Shown: piece by piece, positions 1-9,376 of the stretch
Position numbering within the stretch: position 1 is the first letter of the stretch
Layout of the letters: every line of letters begins with the position of its first letter
DNA from: Melioribacteraceae bacterium
Lineage (GTDB): Bacteria; Bacteroidota; Ignavibacteria; Ignavibacteriales; Melioribacteraceae
Reading direction: 5' to 3'
NCBI GenBank assembly: GCA_021740785.1
Contig: JAIOZI010000021.1
Location: forward strand, 824-64,823
DNA length: 64,000 nt
The notes under the pieces: model-generated
The model's input: the letters and a program-made list of their open reading frames with translations, nothing else
What the model was told of the DNA's origin: nothing
The model's database searches: none
Translations under genes and position numbers: made by a program

Positions 1-1011
1 CAATATTTTCACACGCTCTTCAGGATAGGTAATGTGATTTTCACCTTCGGGTACGGGACTCAAAAACTGTCCGCCAATACAAACAAACTTAAACGGAGCA
101 CGTGATGATACCAATTCATCAATCAACCATTGGATTTGTTCATCACCCAGCATTTCTCTTTTGTTAAACTCCCTATAATTTGGCGATTTAAAGTAACGGT
201 TATCAAGCATAAAAAATGCGGCATCTCCCCATTCAAAATAATTGGTTATTCCCGGTTGTCCGTTAACTCCAAAAGTTGGATTTGACCAAAATAACTTAAA
301 AGCCTTCAACGTTTTCTCTTTACCCCACCAACTTCTATCTGCATTATTCGGACCAAAATCATGATCATCCCAAATTGCATAGTGATGCACGGAACCTAGT
401 AAAGGCTGCAATTCCGGTAATGATCGTGTATGTGTGTATCGTTCGACAATGCCGGTCCATGAATTCCAATCGGCTTCTCTCAAATAAGTATTATCACCGA
501 GCCAAATCATGAAATCCGGATCTTGTAAAAGAATATTTTCAAAAATTTGATACTGCCCGCCGTAAGGTGTTCCCGGACGATCATAAATTTCTTCATTAAC
601 ATAAGCGCAGCTTCCCGCAACAAATGAAAATTCAGGCGGTTCTTCCCGCCACTGCCAAAGTTTTTGAGTCTGGAATTCAAGATTATACGATATATTTATT
701 TTACTGTCATTAATCCAGAGTTGATAAAAATATTTTTTCCCGGGTTCAACACTGTCGGCAAATAATTTTGCGGTGTATGCTTCTTCTTTAATAGTTTGGT
801 AACTATCGGTAAAATATTTTTTATCCGGATTGCTTTGTTCCCAGTATTCGATTTGAACATCGGCGGGTTCTGTTGTCTGCACCCATAAACAAACTTCACG
901 CATTGTCGAGTAACCAACCATCGGTCCGGATTGAAGTAATTCAACTTGACCAAAATTTGCAGTATTAACTAAAAAAAATAGTACCGATATGAAAAAGAAA
1001 TTTTGTAACAT
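1..1011 (-). CDS. PhoD-like alkaline phosphatase / metallophosphoesterase, secreted; 3' end runs off the window
   Basis: Absent from the ORF track because there is no stop inside the window. My minus-strand translation from the ATG at 1011..1009 stays open to base 1. It reads MLQNFFFISVLFFLVNTANFGQ (signal peptide) ... FSFVAGSCAY ... MIWLGDNTYLREADW ... HHYAIWDDHDFGPNNADRSWW ... FFMLDNRYF ... PEGENHITYPEERVKIL. These are metallophosphatase/PhoD-type metal-ligand blocks. The listed ORF 696..953 is an out-of-frame artefact inside it. Confidence 0.7.
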   Translation of the reverse strand, partial: MLQNFFFISVLFFLVNTANFGQVELLQSGPMVGYSTMREVCLWVQTTEPADVQIEYWEQSNPDKKYFTDSYQTIKEEAYTAKLFADSVEPGKKYFYQLWINDSKINISYNLEFQTQKLWQWREEPPEFSFVAGSCAYVNEEIYDRPGTPYGGQYQIFENILLQDPDFMIWLGDNTYLREADWNSWTGIVERYTHTRSLPELQPLLGSVHHYAIWDDHDFGPNNADRSWWGKEKTLKAFKLFWSNPTFGVNGQPGITNYFEWGDAAFFMLDNRYFKSPNYREFNKREMLGDEQIQWLIDELVSSRAPFKFVCIGGQFLSPVPEGENHITYPEERVKIL

Positions 1012-1106
1012 TTTTGCTCCATACATTGTACAATTATATTTTAATCTAACAATTTTTGATATCTTTCGTTGATAAATAATTCAAAAAAAATTACTTATAA
1101 AAACTT

Positions 1107-1532
1107 ATGCCGACTCAAATAAAACTCCAGTTCATTTTATTAACTATTTTTTCAGCATTCATTTTTTTTATTTCATGCGACGATACAGTAACAGGAGATG
1201 ACATAGACAATAGAGTGATTCCCGATAGTAATGTCAGTTACAGCAAACATATTCAACCTGTGCTTAATCTTAAGTGTACAAGTTCCGGATGCCACGATGA
1301 CGCCGCAAGAGCCGGTGGTTTAAGCTTAACCACATGGTCTAACACTACTTCCGATCCGAACATTGTTTTTCCCGGGAAACCCGAGAACAGTGTTTTGGTT
1401 TGGTCAGTTGAAGGATTAAACGGTGCATCTCTTATGCCTCCTCCTCCGCCCGAAGGAAACGTTCCACCGTTTACCGAAAATCAAGTTGAAGGCTTGAAAA
1501 CATGGATTCGTGAAGGTGCAAAAAATAATTGA
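1107..1532 (+). CDS. small lipoprotein with PSCyt1-like (planctomycete cytochrome c-type) domain
   Basis: Signal peptide plus lipobox (FIFFISC). Then IQPVLNLKCTSSGCH..GGLSLTT..VFPGKPENSVL..MPPP..LKTWIREGA, the PSCyt1 pattern, but with C-x4-CH instead of CxxCH. Confidence 0.45.
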   Translation: MPTQIKLQFILLTIFSAFIFFISCDDTVTGDDIDNRVIPDSNVSYSKHIQPVLNLKCTSSGCHDDAARAGGLSLTTWSNTTSDPNIVFPGKPENSVLVWSVEGLNGASLMPPPPPEGNVPPFTENQVEGLKTWIREGAKNN

Positions 1533-1980
1533 TGTCAATTTTGGAGTTTATCTTCTTGAACTGAAGCTCGAAGATAACTTTCTGTTTTCCACCGGTAAAT
1601 TTTCCGGGTTAAAGATTCCAAAAGGATTTTATTATTATGCCGGAAGCGCTCAGAAAAATCTCAAACAGCGAGTCCGGCGGCATCTAAGAAAGAATAAAAC
1701 TATTTACTGGCACATTGATCACCTAACATGCGGAATGAAAACAAAAATCACAAGTATCTATTTATTACCCGGAAATGATAAGTCAGTGGAATGTGAAATA
1801 GTAAGATTTTTACGAGATGAATTATTACTTACATTTCCACTAGCTGGATTCGGGAATTCGGATTGCCGAAACTGCAAATCACATTTACTTTTTTCAAAAA
1901 CAAAAATTGATTACAACCATTTCATTTCACGATACCAATCAACAGTACGCTTTATTCCCTCTTCTAACGAAACTTTCTGA
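1510..1980 (+). CDS. GIY-YIG / DUF123 (Uri-superfamily) endonuclease-like protein
   Basis: GVYLLEL...GFYYYAGSA...LKQRVRRHLRKNKTIYWHIDHL matches the DUF123 pattern (GxY.Y.GSA...R..RH.....WHIDyL). GTG start overlaps the upstream stop. The 3' end overlaps the convergent SDR gene by 70 nt. Confidence 0.55.
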   Translation: MKVQKIIDVNFGVYLLELKLEDNFLFSTGKFSGLKIPKGFYYYAGSAQKNLKQRVRRHLRKNKTIYWHIDHLTCGMKTKITSIYLLPGNDKSVECEIVRFLRDELLLTFPLAGFGNSDCRNCKSHLLFSKTKIDYNHFISRYQSTVRFIPSSNETF

Positions 1981-2909
1981 GTATAACCCAAATCCTGCTT
2001 TGCTTTTGAAACATCAATCGTCCAAAAACTCTGAACAAAATCTCTAGCTTTCTCAATATTAAAAGTAGCAGCCTTCGAGCTAAACATGGCAAAAAATTGA
2101 GCAATGCCTGCAACAGTATAAACTAGCGAATGTGGAAGTCTCAGATTAATGGCTTTCTTTCCGATCGATTTATGCATCTGCTCAGCAACTTCGCCCCACG
2201 TATAGGAATTTTCTGATCCTATAAAATAAATTTGACCTTCGGCTTTATCTGTAATTGCTGTTAAATAAATTCCTTCGACAAGATCGGCAACATGAACAAG
2301 ATTAACTTTCTTCTCGTCAAAACCGATCAGAGTCATCAACCCTGCTTTATAGGTTTTGAATACTAAATATATTTCAGTATCTCTTTCACCAAAAATTGCA
2401 GGCGGGCGCACGATTGAAATCGGGAGTTTATCCTTAAAATTCAGAGCTAATCTTTCCTGTTCATATTTACTTTTTCCATAACGTGTTATTGGATGAGGAA
2501 CTGTTTCTTCATTACACGGTTCATGTTCTGATGGTGAAGGTCCGCATGCAGTTTGACTGCTGACAATTACGATTCTATTAATTCCGGGATTTACCTCCGC
2601 CAATACATGCAGAAGGTTTTCCGTAGTCTTCACATTACCGTTGTAATATTCTTCCTCGGTTTTTGCTTTCACTACTCCGGCAACATGGAATAAATAATTG
2701 GCATCTTTTAATACTTCCTTCATTCCAACTTTATCAAATAATCCGCAGTCGTAAATTTTGAACGGTTTGTCTTTAAGCCATTTTCTATCGCTTGTTTTTC
2801 TTATCAAACATCTCACTTCGTGTCCCTGCTCTAACAAATAATCTGCAAGGTGGCTGCCGACAAATCCGTTCGCACCGGTTACAACCGAGATTTTCTTTTC
2901 ATTCATCAA
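1911..2909 (-). CDS. NAD-dependent epimerase/dehydratase-family (extended SDR) reductase
   Basis: Rossmann motif VVTGANGFVGSHL at the N-terminus, catalytic YxxxK (YGKSK), 332 aa. Divergent from the alpha-oxoamine synthase gene. Confidence 0.8.
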   Translation of the reverse strand: MMNEKKISVVTGANGFVGSHLADYLLEQGHEVRCLIRKTSDRKWLKDKPFKIYDCGLFDKVGMKEVLKDANYLFHVAGVVKAKTEEEYYNGNVKTTENLLHVLAEVNPGINRIVIVSSQTACGPSPSEHEPCNEETVPHPITRYGKSKYEQERLALNFKDKLPISIVRPPAIFGERDTEIYLVFKTYKAGLMTLIGFDEKKVNLVHVADLVEGIYLTAITDKAEGQIYFIGSENSYTWGEVAEQMHKSIGKKAINLRLPHSLVYTVAGIAQFFAMFSSKAATFNIEKARDFVQSFWTIDVSKAKQDLGYTQKVSLEEGIKRTVDWYREMKWL

Positions 2910-3044
2910 TTACCAAACTCGAAGTTTCGTTTTGTGTTTTATTTGATTTTATTTACCTATAGTAATAAATTACTATATTTGGATATATTATAGCAGCAAT
3001 TTAGTTAAAATTACATTTAATTCGAATTCATGGTGGAGGAATAA

Positions 3045-4235
3045 TTGGATTTATTCAAGAAGTGTTATGAGTTTACACGTGCTGATGAAATTAAGGCGCT
3101 GGGTGTTTATCCTTACTTTCGAGCGATAGAAGAAAACGAGGGACCGGTTGTAAGTATAGAAGGACGTAAAATAATAATGGCAGGATCCAATAATTATCTA
3201 GGATTAACAGCTCATCCAAAAGTAAAAGAAGCTGCAGCTACTGCATTGGAAAAATATGGAACCGGATGTTCTGGTTCGAGGTATCTTACCGGTACATTAG
3301 ACTTGCATATCGAACTGGAAGAGAGACTTGCAAAGTTTTTCAACAAAGAATCTGTTCTATTATTTAGTACTGGATATCAAACTGCACAAGGTATTATCCC
3401 TACGTTAGTCCAGCGCGGTGATTACGTAATTTCCGATCGTGACAACCATGCATGTATTGTTGCCGGGAATTTAATGGCTAGAGGCGCCACTGCAGAATTA
3501 CTAAGATACAAACACAACAACATGGATGACTTGCAGAGAGTGATGCAGAAAGTTCCTAAAGATGCTGGTAAATTAATTGTTAGTGACGGTGTTTTTAGTA
3601 CGGGCGGTGAAATTGTTGACTTACCACGGCTAGTTAAAATTGCAAAAGAATTCAATGCAAAAATATTAATTGATGATGCACATTCGGTCGGCGTTATCGG
3701 AAAAGGCGGAAGAGGAACGGCGAGCGAATTCGATTTAGTTGATCAAGTTGATTTAACAATGGGAACATTTAGTAAAACATTTGCATCTTTAGGCGGATTT
3801 GTTGCCGGTGATGCCAAAGTTGTTGATTACATTAAACATCATTCTCCTGCCCTTATTTTCAGCGCATCCCCTACTCCTTCATCTGTTGCTGCTGCATTAG
3901 CCGCACTAACTATTTTGGAAGAGGAACCGGAGAGGGTTGATCAATTGGTTGGAAATGCGGAGTATATAAGAAAAAATCTTAAAGACCATGGTTTTAATGT
4001 TATTGAAGGAAGAACCGGTATTGTTCCGGTAATTGTTGGCGATGATGCGCTCTCATTCCAAATGTGGCGAAGACTTTTCGACGAGGGCGTATTCGTAAAT
4101 GTATTTATTTCACCCGGTGTACCGCAGGGCAGACAAATGATGCGCACCAGCTATATGTCTACACATGAAAAAGGACATCTCGATTTCATCATTGATACAT
4201 TTGTAAAAGTAGGAAAAGAAATTAATCTGATTTAA
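3045..4235 (+). CDS. PLP-dependent alpha-oxoamine synthase, serine-palmitoyltransferase/KBL-like
   Basis: TTG start with GGAGG about 8 nt upstream. Motifs [18 protein letters not shown], and the PLP-lysine context [12 protein letters not shown]. 396 aa. Confidence 0.8.
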   Translation: MDLFKKCYEFTRADEIKALGVYPYFRAIEENEGPVVSIEGRKIIMAGSNNYLGLTAHPKVKEAAATALEKYGTGCSGSRYLTGTLDLHIELEERLAKFFNKESVLLFSTGYQTAQGIIPTLVQRGDYVISDRDNHACIVAGNLMARGATAELLRYKHNNMDDLQRVMQKVPKDAGKLIVSDGVFSTGGEIVDLPRLVKIAKEFNAKILIDDAHSVGVIGKGGRGTASEFDLVDQVDLTMGTFSKTFASLGGFVAGDAKVVDYIKHHSPALIFSASPTPSSVAAALAALTILEEEPERVDQLVGNAEYIRKNLKDHGFNVIEGRTGIVPVIVGDDALSFQMWRRLFDEGVFVNVFISPGVPQGRQMMRTSYMSTHEKGHLDFIIDTFVKVGKEINLI

Positions 4236-4300
4236 AATTAACTAAAAAGGGGTTGCTATTGATTTTTTAATTGCGCCCTTTTTTATTTCGGGAGATATCA

Positions 4301-5425
4301 ATGAGTTCCGTTACAATTAAAAAAGTTGCCGATAAAAAAGACCTGATGACATTTATTAAAATGCCGTGGTCAATTTATAAAAATGATCCATATTGGGTTC
4401 CGCCTTTGCTGATGGAGAAGAAGGACATTTTAAATAAAAAGAAAAATCCCTTCTTCAAACATGCAGAGATGGATAACTTTCTCGCTTATAAAGATAACAA
4501 TCTCGTTGGCAGAATCTCCGCAATAAAAAACGATCAGCATAATAATATTCATAACGAGAACATTGGTTTCTTCGGATTCTTCGACTCCATTAATGATCAA
4601 GAAGTTGCTGACGCTCTTTTTGATGAAGCAAAAAAGTGGTTGATTGAAAAAGGAGTTGACGAAATTCGCGGTCCGGCTAATCCGTCATCAAATGATGAAT
4701 ACGGTTTACTCATTGAAGGGTTTGACGATTCCCCTCGATTAATGATGCCTTACAATTATAAATATTATATGGATTTGATTGAGAATTATGGTTTTACAAA
4801 AGCAAAAGATCTGTATGCATATAAAATTTCTCAGGAGCTACTTCTAAAATCAGAAAAAGTCGTGAGGATTTCTCAACTGGCAGCTAAAAGAGCAAATCTG
4901 AAAATCCGTCAAATCGATATGAAAAATTTTAAAGAGGAATTGGAAATCGTAAAGTATGTTTATAATAAAGCTTGGGCTCCTAACTGGGGCTTCGTTCCAA
5001 TGTCCGATGATGAAATCGATCTGCTTGCATCTCAACTCAAACCAATTGTTGAACCGAGTTTAGTCTTGTTCGGTGAAATTGATAATAAGGTTGTAGGTTT
5101 TGCATTGGTAATGCCCGATTATAATCAAATTTTTAAAGAGATGAACGGAAGACTTCTGCCATTTAATTTTATAAAACTTTTTACAAAGAAAAGGACAATT
5201 AAATGGGCAAGAGTAATCACTCTTGGAATTATTCCCGAATATCAAAAACGAGGCTTGGATGCAGCCTTTTATTATGATGTGGTTCAGCGAGCTGATAAAG
5301 TTGGAATTAAACTCGGTGAAGCTAGTTGGGTTCTTGAAGATAACGATATGATGAATCGCGGCGCGAAAATGATGAACGGAGAGATATATAAAAAGTATAG
5401 AATCTACTCCCTGATGCTCAAATGA
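4301..5425 (+). CDS. large GNAT-fold N-acyltransferase-like protein
   Basis: ORF opens at 4271, but the ATG at 4301 has a GGGAGA SD. C-terminal lobe has the GNAT acyl-CoA loop context (GIIPEYQKRGLDAAF). About 375 aa, so larger than a simple acetyltransferase. Confidence 0.55.
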   Translation: MSSVTIKKVADKKDLMTFIKMPWSIYKNDPYWVPPLLMEKKDILNKKKNPFFKHAEMDNFLAYKDNNLVGRISAIKNDQHNNIHNENIGFFGFFDSINDQEVADALFDEAKKWLIEKGVDEIRGPANPSSNDEYGLLIEGFDDSPRLMMPYNYKYYMDLIENYGFTKAKDLYAYKISQELLLKSEKVVRISQLAAKRANLKIRQIDMKNFKEELEIVKYVYNKAWAPNWGFVPMSDDEIDLLASQLKPIVEPSLVLFGEIDNKVVGFALVMPDYNQIFKEMNGRLLPFNFIKLFTKKRTIKWARVITLGIIPEYQKRGLDAAFYYDVVQRADKVGIKLGEASWVLEDNDMMNRGAKMMNGEIYKKYRIYSLMLK

Positions 5426-7401
5426 AAACACGGCTGATACTTTTAATATTCTTATCTTCTTTTTCAATTTCATATGCACAGTTCACTTCTGAAGATTATG
5501 AATTAGCTAAAGCTAATTTTACTCGCAATTATGAAAGCCCGGTTTTTAAAACCTATCTCAATTCTTCTGATCAGAATAAAGTTGCCGCCTCATTATTAAG
5601 CATTGCTCACAGCGCCGATACAAATTTTGTGAACGATATAATTAAACTCAATTACGATGAGTCCGGAGACTATATTGCGTTTGCTTTGGGTCAGATTGGT
5701 TATTCCAAAACAAGTATTAAATATTTATTGGATAAAATCTATTCACCGCAAAACAAATTCGAGAAAGAATGTTTTGATGCTCTTGGAAAAATATTCACCG
5801 TTAAGGAATATCAAAAACTCTGTGAAGATTATTTGGATAACAAAATATCGCAAACAAATTACTTTGCTTTGACTATTGCCAACGCAGCAATTCGGGGTTT
5901 GGAAATCAATACTAAGTTACGGGCCAAAGTTTTAATTAAAATCATAGGTAAGGGAAATCTTGACAATAAGTTTTATGCACTTTATGCATTGTACAGGTCC
6001 GGCGGAAGTAGACAAGCTGATAAATATTTGCTGGATATTCTTTCTATGAAAGATGAAGAAATACTATTCCCTCATAAAATTTATGCATTGTCATGTTTCC
6101 GAAGAGTTGAATCATTTCCGGGTAAATTTGATTTAGTAAAACATTTTATAAATCATAGATCATGGCAGTTAAGAACCGAAGCGGCAAGAACTTTTATTTA
6201 CTACAATTTTACAAATCAAAATGAAATTGATGAATATCTTGCTTTGCTTAATGATGTTAATCCAAATGTATCAAGACAGGCTGCTATTTCGATTAAGTTG
6301 ATGAAACCGAATGGAAATTTGAAAAATCATTTAATTCATCGAATTGAAGAATTTCTCGATGAAAATTTACTTACAAATAATTCATTCGGAGAACTGCTGC
6401 TCAGTTATTCAGAGCTGACCGATGCTGATATATTACTCCTGATTGAAAAATATAAAAATAAACTTGATCAAAATTTTATTCTGCTGTTATTAACAAAATT
6501 GAATACCAATTGTGACTTAAAACTCAAGTACCTTTCTAAATTTGAACCGGTTACAAATGATATCGTAGTAAATTGGACAACTGCATTGATATCCATGCAT
6601 GACTCACTTTATAATTCTGATAAATATAAAAACCTTGTTTTAAAATCTTTGGCGAGCGACTCACCTGAAATGGTAAATATTGTTGCAACCAATTTAGATT
6701 CGGAATTTATTCAAAACAATCTCAATGAGATAAAAATAATTTTGAAAAAATATATCACTGAGTATTCAAATAATCCGGATTTCCTTGAAACCACGGTTGC
6801 AATAATCAATTTAGCACCCGGCTTGGGAGAAGATTTTTCGAATAATTTATTTACGGAATTATCCGAAAGTAAATTACCGGGAGTTATAAATGCAATTGCC
6901 GGAATTACCGGTGAAAATATTCCGTTTCAAAAGACCAATAGAAGATTTGATATTTTCTGGGAATTCGCATTTAATTATTCTGCAATAAAATTTACAACGA
7001 ACAAAGGTGAATTCACTATTAAACTCTACCCTGAAATTGCACCCGTTACGGTTGGAAATTTATTATATCTGTCTCACAAAGGATTTTATAACAATGTAAG
7101 TTTTCACCGTGTTGTTCCGAATTTTGTTATTCAAACGGGCGACACTTCCGGTACGGGCTGGCGCGGTCCGGGTTATGATATCATTTCCGAATTTTCGTTT
7201 TTACCATTCGAAGAAGGTTATGTTGGAATGGCAAGTGCCGGTAAAGATACCGAGGGTTCGCAATGGTTTGTAATGCATTCAAACTTCCCGCACTTAAACG
7301 GAAGATACACTAATTTCGGAAAAGTCATTTCCGGTTTTGATACTGTTTCAATTATTGATCAAGATGATTTTATTATTAGTGCGGAACTAATTAAAAATTG
7401 A
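5422..7401 (+). CDS. secreted HEAT/ARM-like repeat protein with C-terminal cyclophilin-type peptidyl-prolyl isomerase domain
   Basis: Signal peptide. C-terminal 160 aa reads FTTNKGEFTIKLYPEIAPVTVGNLLYL..FHRVVPNFVIQTGD..GMASAG.DTEGSQWFV, which are cyclophilin signature blocks. Start overlaps the upstream stop (ATGA). Confidence 0.8.
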   Translation: MKTRLILLIFLSSFSISYAQFTSEDYELAKANFTRNYESPVFKTYLNSSDQNKVAASLLSIAHSADTNFVNDIIKLNYDESGDYIAFALGQIGYSKTSIKYLLDKIYSPQNKFEKECFDALGKIFTVKEYQKLCEDYLDNKISQTNYFALTIANAAIRGLEINTKLRAKVLIKIIGKGNLDNKFYALYALYRSGGSRQADKYLLDILSMKDEEILFPHKIYALSCFRRVESFPGKFDLVKHFINHRSWQLRTEAARTFIYYNFTNQNEIDEYLALLNDVNPNVSRQAAISIKLMKPNGNLKNHLIHRIEEFLDENLLTNNSFGELLLSYSELTDADILLLIEKYKNKLDQNFILLLLTKLNTNCDLKLKYLSKFEPVTNDIVVNWTTALISMHDSLYNSDKYKNLVLKSLASDSPEMVNIVATNLDSEFIQNNLNEIKIILKKYITEYSNNPDFLETTVAIINLAPGLGEDFSNNLFTELSESKLPGVINAIAGITGENIPFQKTNRRFDIFWEFAFNYSAIKFTTNKGEFTIKLYPEIAPVTVGNLLYLSHKGFYNNVSFHRVVPNFVIQTGDTSGTGWRGPGYDIISEFSFLPFEEGYVGMASAGKDTEGSQWFVMHSNFPHLNGRYTNFGKVISGFDTVSIIDQDDFIISAELIKN

Positions 7402-7550
7402 TTGATGCTTTATCGGAATTTATTAAACTCTCACCAAACAATCATTTCGAATTATTTTTTTCTAACAGCAATTCAATAAACTGCTGATCTATAAATGTTT
7501 CTAAAAAAGAAAAAGATTTTATACGATTTCGATCCACCCGGATGTTATAA

Positions 7551-8438
7551 TCACGAACGAGCATCAATTGCTTCATTGTATTTCGCCGTATGCGGAGGAT
7601 CAATCTTTTTTAATTTTTCAAAAATTTCAACTTCCCTGTAGCTTTTAAGATACTCAACAATTTCTCCGCTTTTGGCATCGAAAAAAGTTTTCATTAAAAC
7701 ACTGCGCGGGTTCAGTTTATCTTTCTTTTCGGCAAGATTATTAATCAATTTTAAGAAATTCTTTTGTGCTTCCCCGGGATATTTGAAAAATATGTCAATC
7801 CCGTTGTAGTGGTAATCGAAATAATCCTGACGGAACTGTTGAAAGATTGTGTTGGACAAATCATCCACTAATCCTCTTCTGTTGTAAGATGAAGAAGATG
7901 ACTGCCAACCGTTGGATGAACCGGAATTAGCACCCAGCACACTGATCTCCATCGCTTTTGAGAAAAATGGTGAACCGCTTAAAGGTTCGTATGAATCAAA
8001 ATCCAAACCGATAATCACGTACGCATAAAAATCTAAAAAACTAAGTAATGGATTAAAATTGGTGGGATCGAAATACATCGGTTGTCCGGATTCATATCTA
8101 AAATCCCAATTTTCATCTCTGACGTTTAACATTAATGAACTTCTCTGCACTCCATAGACCGGTCTTTGACTTGATATCACAACCTGTGCACTGTAGCTTG
8201 TTTCATCAGCCGAACCTGTGAAGAATATATTGAAACTACACTTGATTTTTTCATTCTCCCAATAATCACCGGTATAACGATTATTATTCAAATAGTTTTC
8301 AATAGCGTTCGTGAAACCGTCAAGTCGTTCTTTACTTTGATTGGTCAATTGTTCAACATTCATCGTAACAGTTGCACTAAGTTCCTGCGCAATTAAGAAT
8401 GTTGGAAATAATAAGAGTGCCAGAATAATGTTTTTCAT
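7551..8438 (-). CDS. DUF4835 / PorD-like T9SS-associated protein
   Basis: Likely start is MKNIILALLLFPTFLIAQ at 8438; the ORF track starts at 8513. AQELSATVTMN..., KIKCSFNIFF, ISSQRPVY, LSFLDFYAYVIIGLDFDS and NRRGLVDDL match the DUF4835 family pattern as I remember it. Confidence 0.6.
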   Translation of the reverse strand: MKNIILALLLFPTFLIAQELSATVTMNVEQLTNQSKERLDGFTNAIENYLNNNRYTGDYWENEKIKCSFNIFFTGSADETSYSAQVVISSQRPVYGVQRSSLMLNVRDENWDFRYESGQPMYFDPTNFNPLLSFLDFYAYVIIGLDFDSYEPLSGSPFFSKAMEISVLGANSGSSNGWQSSSSSYNRRGLVDDLSNTIFQQFRQDYFDYHYNGIDIFFKYPGEAQKNFLKLINNLAEKKDKLNPRSVLMKTFFDAKSGEIVEYLKSYREVEIFEKLKKIDPPHTAKYNEAIDARS

Positions 8439-8518
8439 TCGATTACCAGTTTTAATTGATCGGAATACTAAAATATAAATTTGCGATTTACAAAACAATT
8501 TTTTAAACTTCAATTGTC

Positions 8519-9376
8519 ATGCGGGGAGTTTCAATAATATTAATGATACTTTTGATTAATTCAATTTGTTCCTCACAAATTAATCCCGGGTCGAGGCAAA
8601 TTGCATTATCTCATTCCACAACTGCGCTTTCAAATGATGTCTTCGCAATTTTCAATAATCCATCAGGATTAGCACAGTTAAATTGGCGTGAACTCGGTGT
8701 GTATTATTCCCCGTCCCCCTTCGGATTGAAGGAGTTAGCAAACGGGTATGCTGCATATAACGAACCGTTCGAATTCGGAAATCTTGCAGCCGGATTTATG
8801 ACTTATGGATTTGAACTTTACAGAGAAAATAAATTCCTTCTCTCATTCTCGAAAAGATTTTATGATAACTTCTTTGCCGGAATATCTTTGATTTATCAAT
8901 CACTAAAAATTGAACGCTACGGCAATGACGGTGCATTCAATATGGTTATTGGCGGACTCGCATATTTATCCCCCAATATTCGGCTCGGTTTTTCAATTGA
9001 GAATTTAATGCGGTCAACCTATGGAAATGAAGATGATCAAATTCCGGTCATTTATAATTCCGGTTTGAGTTACAATCCCTTAACGAATATTTCTTTAAAT
9101 ATTTCGGCACAGAAGGAATTGAATTACCCTGCTTCATTTAGATTTGGAATCGAATACAATTTACTTAAATACGTTTATATTCGAAGCGGTATTATGAATG
9201 AACCCGATAGTTATTCTGCCGGGATTGGGATCAATTATCTTTTCTTTAATTTGGATTATGCAGTCTTTACTCACAATGATCTCGGATTAACTCATCAAGC
9301 CGGACTAATAATATATTTCAACGATGATACACCACGTGAAGAAAAAATTAGGCGTCACTTAAATTTAGAAATGTAA
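8519..9376 (+). CDS. outer-membrane beta-barrel protein, PorV/PorQ/FadL-like
   Basis: Signal peptide. N-terminal GSRQIALSHSTTALSNDVFAIFNNPSGLAQL resembles the G.R..alGGa....D.sa...NPAgL plug motif. Alternating beta-strand pattern throughout. Confidence 0.4.
   Translation: MRGVSIILMILLINSICSSQINPGSRQIALSHSTTALSNDVFAIFNNPSGLAQLNWRELGVYYSPSPFGLKELANGYAAYNEPFEFGNLAAGFMTYGFELYRENKFLLSFSKRFYDNFFAGISLIYQSLKIERYGNDGAFNMVIGGLAYLSPNIRLGFSIENLMRSTYGNEDDQIPVIYNSGLSYNPLTNISLNISAQKELNYPASFRFGIEYNLLKYVYIRSGIMNEPDSYSAGIGINYLFFNLDYAVFTHNDLGLTHQAGLIIYFNDDTPREEKIRRHLNLEM

Noticed and set aside
696-953. Short ORFs from the six-frame track that lie inside, or antisense to, much longer motif-bearing genes. Examples: 696..953, 3422..3655, 3941..4147, 4850..5035, 5060..5479, 5657..5872, 13601..13795, 14958..15224, 17549..18067, 18654..19999 set, 21237..22005 set, 24968..25270, 26289..26794, 27754..28882, 29818..30226, 31159..32325 set, 35346..35543, 36782..36979, 37509..37997, 38905..40605 set, 41924..42316, 44649..44861, 45669..45947, 47489..48708 set, 49144..50649 set, 50986..51231, 52866..53763 set, 54148..54843, 55534..60293 set, 61128..61499, 63458..63700.
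   Set aside because: Each overlaps a longer ORF that has clear family motifs. None has motifs, an SD site or a signal sequence of its own, and their composition is typical of shadow frames.
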